Both the position numbers and the translations under genes were made by a program. DNA of 64,000 bases from assembly GCA_902801525.1 (NCBI GenBank), contig CADCIN010000005.1, positions 1,132-65,131 on the forward strand. Direction: 5' to 3'. Source of the stretch: an uncultured Erysipelotrichaceae bacterium. GTDB taxonomy: Bacteria > Bacillota_I > Bacilli_A > RF39 > UBA660. The notes beneath the pieces are model-generated. The model was not told the DNA's origin. It made no database searches and saw only the letters and a list, made by a program, of their open reading frames with translations. Positions 16,831 through 28,063 of this stretch are shown one piece after another; positions within the stretch are counted from its first letter, which is position 1, and each line of letters starts with the position of its first letter.

Positions 16831-18912
16831 TTCTGTCTTTTCTTTTTCTTCAATTATTTTTGGATTAGTTGAACCTTGAGTTTGACTTTTCTCTCCATCT
16901 TCACCCTGTTCACTGACTCCATCTATACCTTCACCAGAACCAGAAGCATCGTCAGTAGATGTTCCACTTTTTTTACTACCGCTTCCAGATGCAGTACTAT
17001 CTTCATCATCTTTTTCATCATTTGTTTTAGTTGATTTTGTAGTTGTAGAAGATGTAGTAGTTTTAGATTTTTTATCATCATCATCATCAGATTTGACAGA
17101 ACCAGATAATTTTAAAGTGATTGTACCATTTGTTTTATCTACACGTTTATTAGCAGGATAACTTTGTGAAATAACTGTTCCCATGCCACCAGTAAAGTTA
17201 ACTTTAAGACCATGTCTTGCAGCCATACTTCTCGCAACAGATTCACCATAACCAATAAAGTTTGGTACTAAATCATAAGTATAATTTGATTTATATGGAC
17301 CTTGACCAATTATTTCTTTTTCATATGGTTCATTAATTGAAAAACTAAATTCTTTAACTTGATCGTGTTCAGCAAGTTCAAGATTTTCTTTCATTGCTTT
17401 TATAACAGCTTTTTTACTATCTTTATTAGGAACATAATCCCATAAAACCATTCTCATATTTTCATCATAAATCATTTGACCATCACCTTGTAAATATAAT
17501 TGTTGAATATCTACAAGATCTGCATTATCTGCAGCAAGACTTTTTTTAGAAATATCTTTTGCAATATTATAGAATGATAAAATTTGTTTTCTTGTGAAGT
17601 TTGTATCCATACTGTTTGATATAGTATTTAATATTTCAATAAATTTAGAAACATCTCTAATATCTTTAATTTTATTAACTAAGGCTTTTACAATAATTTG
17701 TTGATGTTGAGCTCTACCAAAATCACCATTAGCAAGACTTTTTCTGTTTCTTGCATATACAAGAGCTTGTTCACCATTTAATGTTTGAAGTCCAGGATTT
17801 ATACATACTATGTTTATTCTATTAGAATCATCTGTACAAAGTTTCTTCTCAACATCTACATCAACACCACCAATTGCATCAACAAGTTTAACTAACCCTT
17901 TAAAATTAATCTTAGCATAATAATCAATATTAACATCAAAATAATTTTCTATAGTATTTAACATACAATCAGTTCCATATCCAGCAGCATGTGTTATTTT
18001 ATTTTCAGCTTTATTTGACCAACATGCAATTGGAACATAACTATCTCTTGGAATAGAAATCATTGTAGCACTTAAAGTTTTAGGATTAAAAGTAATTAAA
18101 ATTAATGTATCACCATTAGCAACAGCATTTTTACTAAGAACTTCATCTGTTGAATCAATTCCCATTAAAAGAATTGTAAATGGTTCAGTAATTGATTTCC
18201 CAGAAGATGCATTTTCTTGTTTTGATGTTTCAGATTTCTTCATCTTCTTTTCTTTTTTTATAATGACCTTTGTATCATTTTTTATATTTTCGTAATCTGT
18301 AATGTTAGAAAACATAGATTCATATTCGCTTGGTAAGAATGCAGCATCTATATCATCACTATATAAATCAGCTAGCATTGATGAATAATTGTCATATTTC
18401 TTTATTTCATTCTCGTCATTTAAATCATTTTCTTTAATTATTTCTTGTGGAATAACATATCCCTCAGGTGATTCCTTATCATTTAATAAACCAATTTTAT
18501 AATCTTTTATATCATTTATCTTATCAGCTTTATCAGAACTCATAGTAACTAAGCTAGAAGAATATGTGACATAAACTTTATTAAATCCACTTAATAAAAC
18601 ACCATATACATAAAATATAACTCCACCAATTGCTCCACAAATGAGTGTATAGAATATTAAGAAAGTTATATATCCAATTCTTTTTGACTTTTTTCTTTTC
18701 TTAAAAACTATTTTTGTCTTAATAAATAATATAATATCAATTAGTATTATTACACCAATTACAATATATCTTATTAAGTTTTCAATAGTACTAAGTTGAA
18801 ATATTTCAAATATAGTAAAAAAACTAGTAAATAAAGCAATTATTGTTAATATTAAAACGACTATTCGAACCTTACCACCACTTTTTTTATTAATGTTTTC
18901 TTGTCTATCCAT
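16828..18912 (-). CDS. LytR-CpsA-Psr (LCP) family wall-polymer transferase with a C-terminal PASTA-like domain and an acidic Ser/Thr tail
   Basis: ILLMGID, DTLILITFNP, ISIPRDSY, INFKGLVKLVDAIGGV, NGEQALVYARNR, DFGRAQHQ. Confidence 0.92.
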   Translation of the reverse strand: MDRQENINKKSGGKVRIVVLILTIIALFTSFFTIFEIFQLSTIENLIRYIVIGVIILIDIILFIKTKIVFKKRKKSKRIGYITFLIFYTLICGAIGGVIFYVYGVLLSGFNKVYVTYSSSLVTMSSDKADKINDIKDYKIGLLNDKESPEGYVIPQEIIKENDLNDENEIKKYDNYSSMLADLYSDDIDAAFLPSEYESMFSNITDYENIKNDTKVIIKKEKKMKKSETSKQENASSGKSITEPFTILLMGIDSTDEVLSKNAVANGDTLILITFNPKTLSATMISIPRDSYVPIACWSNKAENKITHAAGYGTDCMLNTIENYFDVNIDYYAKINFKGLVKLVDAIGGVDVDVEKKLCTDDSNRINIVCINPGLQTLNGEQALVYARNRKSLANGDFGRAQHQQIIVKALVNKIKDIRDVSKFIEILNTISNSMDTNFTRKQILSFYNIAKDISKKSLAADNADLVDIQQLYLQGDGQMIYDENMRMVLWDYVPNKDSKKAVIKAMKENLELAEHDQVKEFSFSINEPYEKEIIGQGPYKSNYTYDLVPNFIGYGESVARSMAARHGLKVNFTGGMGTVISQSYPANKRVDKTNGTITLKLSGSVKSDDDDDKKSKTTTSSTTTKSTKTNDEKDDEDSTASGSGSKKSGTSTDDASGSGEGIDGVSEQGEDGEKSQTQGSTNPKIIEEKEKTE

Positions 18913-19125
18913 ATTTATCCTCCATTTAGATTAATTAACATCTTTAATTATACAAAAAAAATATTAATATATCAACTATGATGAAAGTAAATAGTAAATT
19001 TTTAAACTAAAAAATATTGTATAAAATGTCAAAAAAAAGTAAAGCGATAGATTATTTATCAATAATAATATAAATAAAGATAATAAATTGTTATAATGAG
19101 AATGAGATAATAGGAGGTGTGATAT

Positions 19126-22100
19126 ATGCATAAGAAGAAATTATTATTTGTAACAATGACATTTGGTTTTTCTACTTTTATGTTTATTCCAAAGAATACT
19201 TATGCCATCACTTCTAATGACTATTCAAGTAGAAATGTATGTAATAGTAAATATGAACTTGCTAAAGCAAATTCTAATTATACAATAAGTCATATATCTT
19301 GTTATAATGATTATTCATCAGCTCTAAATGCAATGAATTCTTCAAATGATGATGACTTGTTTATACTTGATTCAACAAAGTCAAATACAAAAATAGTAAA
19401 TGCAAAATATGCATTATTAGATCTAAGTGTAAATCCAGAACAATTAACATATTTTTATGAAACTCCAGGACTAACAACTAGAAAATATACTTACATGGAT
19501 ACTGGTTCTTTATATGGAGGAGTAGATGGAGCACTATTAGATGTAAATTATGGCACTTCTATTAAAGTTAAAATTGGAGGCTTAAGTGCTTGGATAAAAG
19601 ATGGTACTTATGAAATTGTACCACTAAATTGGGTTAAATCTTCAAGTTCATATACAGTAGGAGATTCAATAAAACATAACTATGTTGCAAAAATACAAAA
19701 CGATTATACAGGACACAATGGATCAGTAATTGGACCTAAACCAGAACAATTATCGACAGGTACATATTACAGTTATGATGGACATTATTTCTATACGAAT
19801 AGAAAAACAATGTTAAAAGACTATAAAAATGGTAACTATAATAATTCAGTAAATAAAAATGATCCATATTATAATTATTATATGTATTTATCTACACATT
19901 CTAAGACAAATTATTCTTCAAGAAATATAGATGAATATATAAGAAATAATTTAAATTTTAAATATGAAGCATATAGTGATAAAGTACAAGATTCTTCATC
20001 TAAAATGTATGGGCAGGGGTCATATTTCTATAATGCACAGCAAAAGAATGGCGTTAATGCAATTTTGTCTTTAAGTTTAAGTAGAAATGAGTCAGCAAAT
20101 GGACGCAGTGAAATAGTATGGAATAAAAATAATGGATTTGGTTTAAAAGCGTATGACTCTAATCCGTCACAAAGTGCCAGTTGGTATCCAACATACGCAA
20201 GTAGTGTATATGAATTTGCATATCACTGGGTAACAGATGGATTTGCAGATCCTTCCGATACAAGATATTTTGGACCAGCGTTTGGTGATGGATTAATTGG
20301 TATGAATGTAAAATACGCAGCCGATACTTATTGGAGTGAAAAAATGGCAGCAAATTATTATAGTTTTGATTCTGCAAAAGGAATGCAAGATTATAATTAT
20401 TATCAATTAGGTCTAGCTAATAAACCAACAAATGCATATATGTCCCCATCATCTTCATCACAGGTAGTATATGAATATCCTGAAGAGGGAGATAATGTAA
20501 TCATAATAGATGAAATAAATAATTCTGAAGGAACATGGTATAAACTTCAAAGCGATAAGATAATAAATGGAAATACAATTACTACATTAGGTGACTATAA
20601 TTGGAACTCATATGTATATGTTAAAAAAGAGAATATTACTAAAATAAATAAAGCAAAAAATGGATATAAAAGTTCAAATGATGTAACAAAATATAAAGAT
20701 GCAGCTTATTCATATGATTTATATATAGAAAATGCTACATTAAAACCAAAAGTTGCCATAATAGATAATGATGTAGACTATTATTTTGATTCAACATTAG
20801 AAGAAAAAACTGGACATAGATTGTTAAAAGATAAATGGGTAATGGTATATGCTGAAGCTAAAAATGAATCAGGTAAAACAGTATCTTATTTGGTTACTTC
20901 TAATTATAATAATGATCAAAAACATTGGATTAAAGCAGGTAATATGCATTTCCAAACTACTGGATATGGAAAAGTAACTGTAACTAATAAGGGATATTAT
21001 ACATGGGTTAACTCAAATACTGAAGATACAAAACAAACTTTAATTGGTGGATTATATACAAATACTTATGTACCATTAGTTACTTCTACAAATGCAAATG
21101 GATATACTTGGTATAAGGTTCCAAGTAATCTAGAAGAAAACACAAATTCATTTGGCTGGACAATTGCAAATGGACCAGACGCATCATTTGAATTTACAAT
21201 GTATAATGCAGATGAAGATAATAAGAATATTAATATTACAAGTAATAATCCGCCAGTAATAACTGCAAATGATAAAGAAATTATTCAAGGAAATAAATTT
21301 GACGAATTAAAAGATGTAAAAGCAACAGATGAAGAAGATGGTGATATTACTTCAAAAGTTACTGTATCAGGAAAAGTTGATACTGAAAAAGTTGGAACAT
21401 ATAAAATAGTATATGAAGTAATTGATAGTAAAAATGAAAAATCATCTAAAGAAATTAATGTTACAGTAAAAGAAAATAATAAACCTGAAATAATTGCAAC
21501 AGATAAAGAGATAACAATAAATCATAAATTTGATGAATTAAAAGATGTAACTGCAAAGGATGAAGAAGACGGAGATATTACTGAAAAAATTAAAGTTGAA
21601 AATTCTAATCTAAATATTTCAAAAGAGGGAACATATGAAATAACTTATAGTGTAACAGATAGTTATAATCAAAAAACAACAAAGAAAATAAATGTTGAAG
21701 TTGTAAAAGATAAGGAACCAGTTATTAATGCTAAAGATCAAACATTAAATTTAAATGATAAATTTGATGAATTGAAAGATATAACTGCATCTGATTCAGA
21801 AGATGGAGATTTAACAAGTAAAATAAAGGTTACAAAAAATGAAGTAGATACTTCTAAAGAAGGTATTTATGAAGTAGAATATCAAGTAAAAGATAGCTAT
21901 GGAAATGAAATAAGTAAAACAGTAAAAATAACAGTAACAAAAGTCAAATTAGAAAAGAAAAGTGGAGAATTCTATTTAGATAATCTTAAATGGAATAAAG
22001 ATAAGAAGCAATATGAAATAAGTGGATATCTAATTATTCTAAATGAGAATAATGAAGATAATGCCAAATATGAAGTGATACTAGTAAACAAAAATAATAA

Positions 22101-22875
22101 TAAAGAATATTCAGCTAATGTTGACTCATGGGTGAAAGATACTCCATACGATCTTGGAAAAGAAAATGGTAAAGATTATTCTAATTCTTGGTTCAAAGGA
22201 TTAATTGATTTAAAAGATATTCCTAGTGGTGATTATGATATTTATATGAAAGCATCAAAAGGTAAGTTCTATAGCAAAGAAAAAATATCAAATATCTATA
22301 ATAAAGATATTGATAAGAGACAAGAAGATGATACAAACGGATATAACTTCAATGTATTATTATCATTAAAATCTAAAGAAATGACATTAAATATAAGAAA
22401 GGGTGGTCTAATAACTACTAAGACTGCTAACACTTATCGTAACATGATAAATGACTATGATGATATAACATTTGAAAACAACGAATTACATTTAATTGGA
22501 ACTTCTTATGACTATGATGGTACTTATTCAGATCCTTTAAAAATTACAAGAAAATTAATATTTGAAAATATGAATGATTACAAAAAATATAGTTACGAAT
22601 TAGGTTCGACAAATAATGGAAGTTATAAAGTAACATCTAAAGATAATAAAGATAAATCATTCGCATGGTATGATAAAAAAATTGATATATCAAATCTTCC
22701 AAAAGGTAAATATATAATGTATGTATATACTAAGACATTTGATTCGGAAGACTATGGAGAAATAAAAGATTTATTTGGAATAGTTAAAGATACATCACAA
22801 GAAATAAATAACAAAAAATATACTATTCATATGGATAAAGATAACTTTAATAGAATAACATTAATTGTTGAATAA
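19126..22875 (+). CDS. Large secreted peptidoglycan hydrolase (glucosaminidase/GH73-like) with three Ig-like repeats
   Basis: Signal peptide; NESANGRS...NNGFGLKAYDSNP and YAAD motifs as in LytB/LytD-type enzymes; 3x P.I.A.D...FDELKD..A.D.EDGD.T repeats. Confidence 0.8.
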   Translation: MHKKKLLFVTMTFGFSTFMFIPKNTYAITSNDYSSRNVCNSKYELAKANSNYTISHISCYNDYSSALNAMNSSNDDDLFILDSTKSNTKIVNAKYALLDLSVNPEQLTYFYETPGLTTRKYTYMDTGSLYGGVDGALLDVNYGTSIKVKIGGLSAWIKDGTYEIVPLNWVKSSSSYTVGDSIKHNYVAKIQNDYTGHNGSVIGPKPEQLSTGTYYSYDGHYFYTNRKTMLKDYKNGNYNNSVNKNDPYYNYYMYLSTHSKTNYSSRNIDEYIRNNLNFKYEAYSDKVQDSSSKMYGQGSYFYNAQQKNGVNAILSLSLSRNESANGRSEIVWNKNNGFGLKAYDSNPSQSASWYPTYASSVYEFAYHWVTDGFADPSDTRYFGPAFGDGLIGMNVKYAADTYWSEKMAANYYSFDSAKGMQDYNYYQLGLANKPTNAYMSPSSSSQVVYEYPEEGDNVIIIDEINNSEGTWYKLQSDKIINGNTITTLGDYNWNSYVYVKKENITKINKAKNGYKSSNDVTKYKDAAYSYDLYIENATLKPKVAIIDNDVDYYFDSTLEEKTGHRLLKDKWVMVYAEAKNESGKTVSYLVTSNYNNDQKHWIKAGNMHFQTTGYGKVTVTNKGYYTWVNSNTEDTKQTLIGGLYTNTYVPLVTSTNANGYTWYKVPSNLEENTNSFGWTIANGPDASFEFTMYNADEDNKNINITSNNPPVITANDKEIIQGNKFDELKDVKATDEEDGDITSKVTVSGKVDTEKVGTYKIVYEVIDSKNEKSSKEINVTVKENNKPEIIATDKEITINHKFDELKDVTAKDEEDGDITEKIKVENSNLNISKEGTYEITYSVTDSYNQKTTKKINVEVVKDKEPVINAKDQTLNLNDKFDELKDITASDSEDGDLTSKIKVTKNEVDTSKEGIYEVEYQVKDSYGNEISKTVKITVTKVKLEKKSGEFYLDNLKWNKDKKQYEISGYLIILNENNEDNAKYEVILVNKNNNKEYSANVDSWVKDTPYDLGKENGKDYSNSWFKGLIDLKDIPSGDYDIYMKASKGKFYSKEKISNIYNKDIDKRQEDDTNGYNFNVLLSLKSKEMTLNIRKGGLITTKTANTYRNMINDYDDITFENNELHLIGTSYDYDGTYSDPLKITRKLIFENMNDYKKYSYELGSTNNGSYKVTSKDNKDKSFAWYDKKIDISNLPKGKYIMYVYTKTFDSEDYGEIKDLFGIVKDTSQEINNKKYTIHMDKDNFNRITLIVE

Positions 22876-22881
22876 CAAAAT

Positions 22882-22914
22882 AAAAACTCAAGAAATTAAT
22901 CTTGAGTTTTTTTA
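22882..22914. terminator. Bidirectional terminator (copy 2 of the 24-bp palindrome)
   Basis: AAAAACTCAAGA-aattaa-TCTTGAGTTTTTTT between convergent genes. Confidence 0.85.
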
Positions 22915-22918
22915 TATA

Positions 22919-24901
22919 TTAATTACCAGCAATAGTAATTGAATAACTTTTACAAGTATCTAAAACACTACCAGGTTGTACACCAGAAATATAAGAACCA
23001 CCACTCATACCTGAACTTGTATCTTTAATAATTGAAACTTTAACACCTTTACTACTAAAATAACTACTTAAACAACTTCTAACTTCCTCATAAGATGAGC
23101 CATGTAAACAAGATGACATTGATCTATCTAGAGTTACTGAAGAAGATACACATTGTGGAGTAGAAGGAGTATTATTAACTACAGATTGATTATTTGTACC
23201 ACCAGAAATACTACTTGATATTTTATTAGTTGAACTACTCTTAGTGATTGTTTTCTTTTGGACATTTGTAGAAGTATTTGAAATTTCTTCCTCTTTTTTA
23301 CCATTACTTAATATAACTGTAACACTAGTACCTTCACTAACATTAGAACCACTAGAAATAGATTGACTAATAGCTTTATCTTTTTGAACTTTAGAACTAT
23401 TTTGATATACAAAACTATATCCTAAATTTAAATCTTTTAATATGTTGATAATATCATTTTTACTCATTCCACTTAAATCAGGAACTTCTATTTTTTTACC
23501 ATCAGATATTTTAACAGTAATAGATTTATCATTCTTTATAACTTCACCAGTCTTATATGAATATTCAATAACTTCACCAATCTTAACTGTATCACTATAT
23601 TCATGTTCTTCATTGTAATTTATTTCATATTTACTAGCCCATTTTTTAAACTCATCTAATGATTTAAATTTAGGCATCTTAAGTTTTCCCTTAGATATAG
23701 TTACTGATATAACTTCGCCTTGTTCAACTTTATCACCATTTTTGTAATTAGAATCAATTACTTTGTTAAGTTTTACACTATCATCATATTTATTTTTGAA
23801 TTCTAATTTTAATTTATTTTTAATTATCCAATTAGTAACTTCAGTCATATTCATTTTCTTTAAATCAGGAACTTTTATTTCAGGCCCACGACTAATAGTA
23901 ATAGTAATTTTTTCACTTGGTTTTTCTTTTATCTTTTCACCTGCTTTAAGACTTTGCTTAATTGTATAACCTTTTTTATATTTATTTGAAAAATCATTTT
24001 TTATTTCATAATCTATTTGATGCTGTTTTAAATAAAACTCAGTCTCAAACTTACTTAATCCAACTAGATTTTTCATATTAAACTGTTCAAATTTATTTTC
24101 ATCTCCAAGAGAAAATGTTAATTCAATATTATCACTTCTCTTTAAAGAACCACTTTTACTTTGTGAAATAACTGTATCTTTAACTTTATCAGATTCTTCA
24201 AATTTAACATCTACATTACTTAATTTATTCTTATCAATAAACTCTAAAACTCTATCACAATCCCAAGTAACCATATCAGGAACAATTATTTCTTTATCTA
24301 AATTAGGACCTTCACTAACTGCAATCTTTAAACTTTTAATATTTTTAATATTTGTCCCAGCTTTAACATCTTGATTAATAATATAATATTCATCAATCAT
24401 ATCACTATTTTCATAATCTTGTACTAAAGTGATTTTATTTTTCTCAGCCCATTTAACAGCTTCTGTCAAACTCTTCCCAGAGAAATTATCAACTTGATTA
24501 AATAAAGGTAGTTTAACAAGTCCATAATTAGTAAGTATTCCAAATACATTATAAATAATAATAATTAATGAACCAAAAACTAAGTTAAATTTTTTCTTAC
24601 CTGGATATGAAACTAAACATGTCATAAAAGAAATAGAAAAAATAAGCATTAATAAAGACTTTAAAATATCACTCATTAAATTAATATTTTCTTTATTAAA
24701 AAATAAAATACTAATTAAATAAACAACGGAACTTAAAAATACAAGTAAAGAGCAGAATGTTAAAAAAGAGTTTCTTCGTCTTTTACCTTTATTAATGTCT
24801 ATATCTTTAATACTATTTATTTCTCTATGTTTTTCATTTTGATCATTATCAATTTTCTTAACAATATCATCTATATCAACTTTTTTATGTTTCTTTGACA
24901 T
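22919..24901 (-). CDS. Membrane-anchored multi-PASTA-domain protein
   Basis: Three N-terminal TM segments, then repeated VPD(L/M)...Y(S/D)....G.VI.QS...G...I.I.IS.G units; Ser/Thr-rich linker. Confidence 0.85.
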   Translation of the reverse strand: MSKKHKKVDIDDIVKKIDNDQNEKHREINSIKDIDINKGKRRRNSFLTFCSLLVFLSSVVYLISILFFNKENINLMSDILKSLLMLIFSISFMTCLVSYPGKKKFNLVFGSLIIIIYNVFGILTNYGLVKLPLFNQVDNFSGKSLTEAVKWAEKNKITLVQDYENSDMIDEYYIINQDVKAGTNIKNIKSLKIAVSEGPNLDKEIIVPDMVTWDCDRVLEFIDKNKLSNVDVKFEESDKVKDTVISQSKSGSLKRSDNIELTFSLGDENKFEQFNMKNLVGLSKFETEFYLKQHQIDYEIKNDFSNKYKKGYTIKQSLKAGEKIKEKPSEKITITISRGPEIKVPDLKKMNMTEVTNWIIKNKLKLEFKNKYDDSVKLNKVIDSNYKNGDKVEQGEVISVTISKGKLKMPKFKSLDEFKKWASKYEINYNEEHEYSDTVKIGEVIEYSYKTGEVIKNDKSITVKISDGKKIEVPDLSGMSKNDIINILKDLNLGYSFVYQNSSKVQKDKAISQSISSGSNVSEGTSVTVILSNGKKEEEISNTSTNVQKKTITKSSSTNKISSSISGGTNNQSVVNNTPSTPQCVSSSVTLDRSMSSCLHGSSYEEVRSCLSSYFSSKGVKVSIIKDTSSGMSGGSYISGVQPGSVLDTCKSYSITIAGN

Positions 24902-25065
24902 AACATCACTCCATATCTTTATTACATATATACTAATTATATCTTAAATATATAAATTAATAAATAATTTTAATTTACAAACTTGTCAAAAACTGTACAC
25001 AAAAAGATAATTTTTAACTTTTAAAAATTTATGGTATTATTAATATATGAGTTAAAGGAGTATAT

Positions 25066-26250
25066 ATGGAAAAAATAAATATAAAAATAATAACTTATTT
25101 CTTATTAATTCAGCCATTATTAGATATTTCAGTAGTATTAATTCCTAAGTATCCAGTAGCACAGTTTATAAGAGGTTCATTCTTAATATATATAATTGTC
25201 TACTTATTAATAAAAAAGACTAGTAAAAAAACTACAATCAGTATAATTGGATCAATTATCTTAATGATAATATACATATTATATAATTTATTATATTTAA
25301 GAACAGGTCTAACAACCTCCATATCAAATACTCTAAAATTATTTTATTTATTATTTAGTATATTATTCTTTATAAACCTAGAGAATAAAAAGGATATTAA
25401 CAAATATTTAACTATTACTTTATTAGAGTATATTACTATATATTTATTATCTTATATATTTAGAATAGGATATAGTAATTATCCAAAAGGTGTAAAGAAA
25501 ATTGGATATAGAGGACTATATAATTCTATAAATGAAATAAGTGCAATCTTAATAATTTTATATTATTTAGTATTTAACTATTTAAAAGAAAATAAAAAGA
25601 AACTATTACTCTTAGTATCAGTATTAATATTTATTATTTCATATCTTACAGGTACTAAAGTATTATTTGGAGGATTAATAATAGTAATTGGATATCATAT
25701 AATACCTAAATTATTAATAAAATGGAAAAGACAAAATATAAAAAATAAATTATTATCATTATTAGTATCAATCATAGTATTAGGTTTAATAACTATATTA
25801 TTCTTAAATTCTAATACATATAAAAATATGCTTGTACAAGCTAAATTCTTTAAAGTGAAAAATATCCTATCTTTAGAAGGAATAAACAAAGTGATATTTA
25901 ATGATAGGTTAAGATTTTTAAATATGAATTATAATATTTATAATAAAGAAAATATAATTACTAAGTTCTTAGGAATAGGATTTAATTATAAATTTAAAAC
26001 AGTTGAAATGGATTTATTTGATATCTTATTTAGATATGGTATAGTAGGATTAATATTAACTTTATCATCTATAATTTATTCTATATATAAATCAAAGAAT
26101 AATTTTATAAGATTTGGATTAATATTTATATTACTTATTTCAATGACATCAGGACATGTTTTAGTATCACCTGCAGTATCAATTTATTTAGGAGTTATAT
26201 TATTATATAAAGGAGAAGAATATGAAAAAAACAGCAGTAGTAATAATTAA
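25066..26250 (+). CDS. O-antigen ligase/Wzy-like polysaccharide polymerase
   Basis: About 10 TM segments, GLYNSINE, GTKVLF, FNDR, EMDLFDILFRYGIVG, SGHVL; adjacent to a GT2. Confidence 0.7.
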   Translation: MEKINIKIITYFLLIQPLLDISVVLIPKYPVAQFIRGSFLIYIIVYLLIKKTSKKTTISIIGSIILMIIYILYNLLYLRTGLTTSISNTLKLFYLLFSILFFINLENKKDINKYLTITLLEYITIYLLSYIFRIGYSNYPKGVKKIGYRGLYNSINEISAILIILYYLVFNYLKENKKKLLLLVSVLIFIISYLTGTKVLFGGLIIVIGYHIIPKLLIKWKRQNIKNKLLSLLVSIIVLGLITILFLNSNTYKNMLVQAKFFKVKNILSLEGINKVIFNDRLRFLNMNYNIYNKENIITKFLGIGFNYKFKTVEMDLFDILFRYGIVGLILTLSSIIYSIYKSKNNFIRFGLIFILLISMTSGHVLVSPAVSIYLGVILLYKGEEYEKNSSSNN

Positions 26251-27073
26251 TTATAATGATGCAGATACAACTATTAAATTATTAGAAAACATAAAAGACT
26301 ATAAAATATTAAATAAAATAGTAGTAGTAGATAATGCATCAATAGATAATTCATTAAAGAAGTTAAAAAAATATTCATCTTCTAAAATAGATATCATAAA
26401 AAATAGTATTAATAAAGGATACGCATCAGGTTTAAATTATGGTGCTAAATATCTAATAAAAGAAATTGGACCTTGTAATATTATATTTTCTAATTCTGAT
26501 ATTATTATTAATAAAGAAGAAGATATAAAAATACTTATTAAAAATATATCTGATAAATATCCTATAGTAGGGCCCGTAATCAATGAACATGGAAATATAA
26601 ATAGAGGTTGGAAACTGCCAAGTGTAAAAAATGAAATATTAGCTAATCTTCCATTAATAAGTAGAAAATTAAATAAAAAAATACTTTATAGTAATGATCA
26701 CTATCTAAAAGATATTTCACAAGTAGATGTAGTAAGTGGATGTTTCTTTATAGTAGATTCAGATGCACTAGAAAAAATAAATTATTTTGATGAGAATACT
26801 TTTCTATATTATGAAGAAAATATTTTAGCAAAGAAAATAAAAGATATTAATAAAAAAGAATTGATTGTTAATAGAGTAGAAGTAATTCATGATCACTCAG
26901 TTTCAATTGATAAAAGTATAAACAGAGTAAGAAAATATAAAACATTAAAAGAAAGTCAAGCATACTATGTAAATAATTATTTAAAAGCAAATATATTAGA
27001 AAAATTATTATTATTAATAACAAATAAAATATCATTATTTATTTTATATATAAGATGTCTAATTAAATCTTAA
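26222..27073 (+). CDS. Glycosyltransferase family 2
   Basis: VVIINYN, VVDNAS, N.GYASGLN.G, NSD, SGCF, FLYYEE. Confidence 0.92.
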   Translation: MKKTAVVIINYNDADTTIKLLENIKDYKILNKIVVVDNASIDNSLKKLKKYSSSKIDIIKNSINKGYASGLNYGAKYLIKEIGPCNIIFSNSDIIINKEEDIKILIKNISDKYPIVGPVINEHGNINRGWKLPSVKNEILANLPLISRKLNKKILYSNDHYLKDISQVDVVSGCFFIVDSDALEKINYFDENTFLYYEENILAKKIKDINKKELIVNRVEVIHDHSVSIDKSINRVRKYKTLKESQAYYVNNYLKANILEKLLLLITNKISLFILYIRCLIKS

Positions 27074-27124
27074 TAATAAGCTATAATGTGCTATAATGTA
27101 AATAATAAAACAAGAGGTGTAATA

Positions 27125-28063
27125 ATGAAAAATATTAAAATCGTATTTATGGGAACTCCAATATTTTGTGTTCCAATATTAGAATCTTTAATAGAAAAAT
27201 ATAATGTAGTTGGAGTAGTGAGTCAACCTGATAAAGCAGTAGGAAGAAAACATATTATGCAAAATACTCCAATTAAAGAAGTTGCATTAAAAGAAAATAT
27301 TGAAGTATTTCAACCACAAAAAATAAAAAAAGATTATCAAAAAGTGTTAGAATGGAAACCAGATTTAATTGTAACATGTGCATATGGACAAATTATTCCA
27401 GAAGAACTATTAAATTATCCAAAGTATGGATGTATTAATGTACATGCATCTCTATTACCAAAGCTAAGAGGAGGAGCACCAATACATAAATCAATAATTG
27501 ATGATTACGGAAAAACAGGAATTACAATAATGTATATGGATAAACAAATGGATACAGGTGACATAATATCTCAAAAAGAAACAGTAATAGATGAATCAGA
27601 TGATTTAGAAACCCTATCAAATAGATTAAGTAAAATAGGAACAGAACTTATATTAGAAACTATTCCTAAAATATTATCAGGAGAAAATGATAGAATAAAA
27701 CAAAATAATGAAGAAGCAACATATGCATACAACATAAAAAGAGAAGAAGAACATATTGATTTTAATAAATCTTCTAGAGAAATATTTAACTTAGTAAGAG
27801 GATTATATCCAGTACCAGGAGCTAATACTATAATAGATGATCAAGAAATGAAAGTATACAAAGTAAGAATTACAGATAGAGTTTTTATGGAAAAGAAAAA
27901 TGGTGAAATAACACAAATCTATAAAGATGGAATAGGTATATCAACAAAAGATGGAGAAATTGTTTTATTAGATATAAAACCATTTGGCAAAAGAAGAATG
28001 CTTGCAAGAGATTTTTTAAATGGAATAAATAAAGAAGAATTAATTGGGAAGGTATTAAGATAA
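27125..28063 (+). CDS. fmt: Methionyl-tRNA formyltransferase
   Basis: IVFMGTP, VSQPDKAVGR, INVHASLLPKLRGGAPI, MDTGD. Confidence 0.97.
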   Translation: MKNIKIVFMGTPIFCVPILESLIEKYNVVGVVSQPDKAVGRKHIMQNTPIKEVALKENIEVFQPQKIKKDYQKVLEWKPDLIVTCAYGQIIPEELLNYPKYGCINVHASLLPKLRGGAPIHKSIIDDYGKTGITIMYMDKQMDTGDIISQKETVIDESDDLETLSNRLSKIGTELILETIPKILSGENDRIKQNNEEATYAYNIKREEEHIDFNKSSREIFNLVRGLYPVPGANTIIDDQEMKVYKVRITDRVFMEKKNGEITQIYKDGIGISTKDGEIVLLDIKPFGKRRMLARDFLNGINKEELIGKVLR

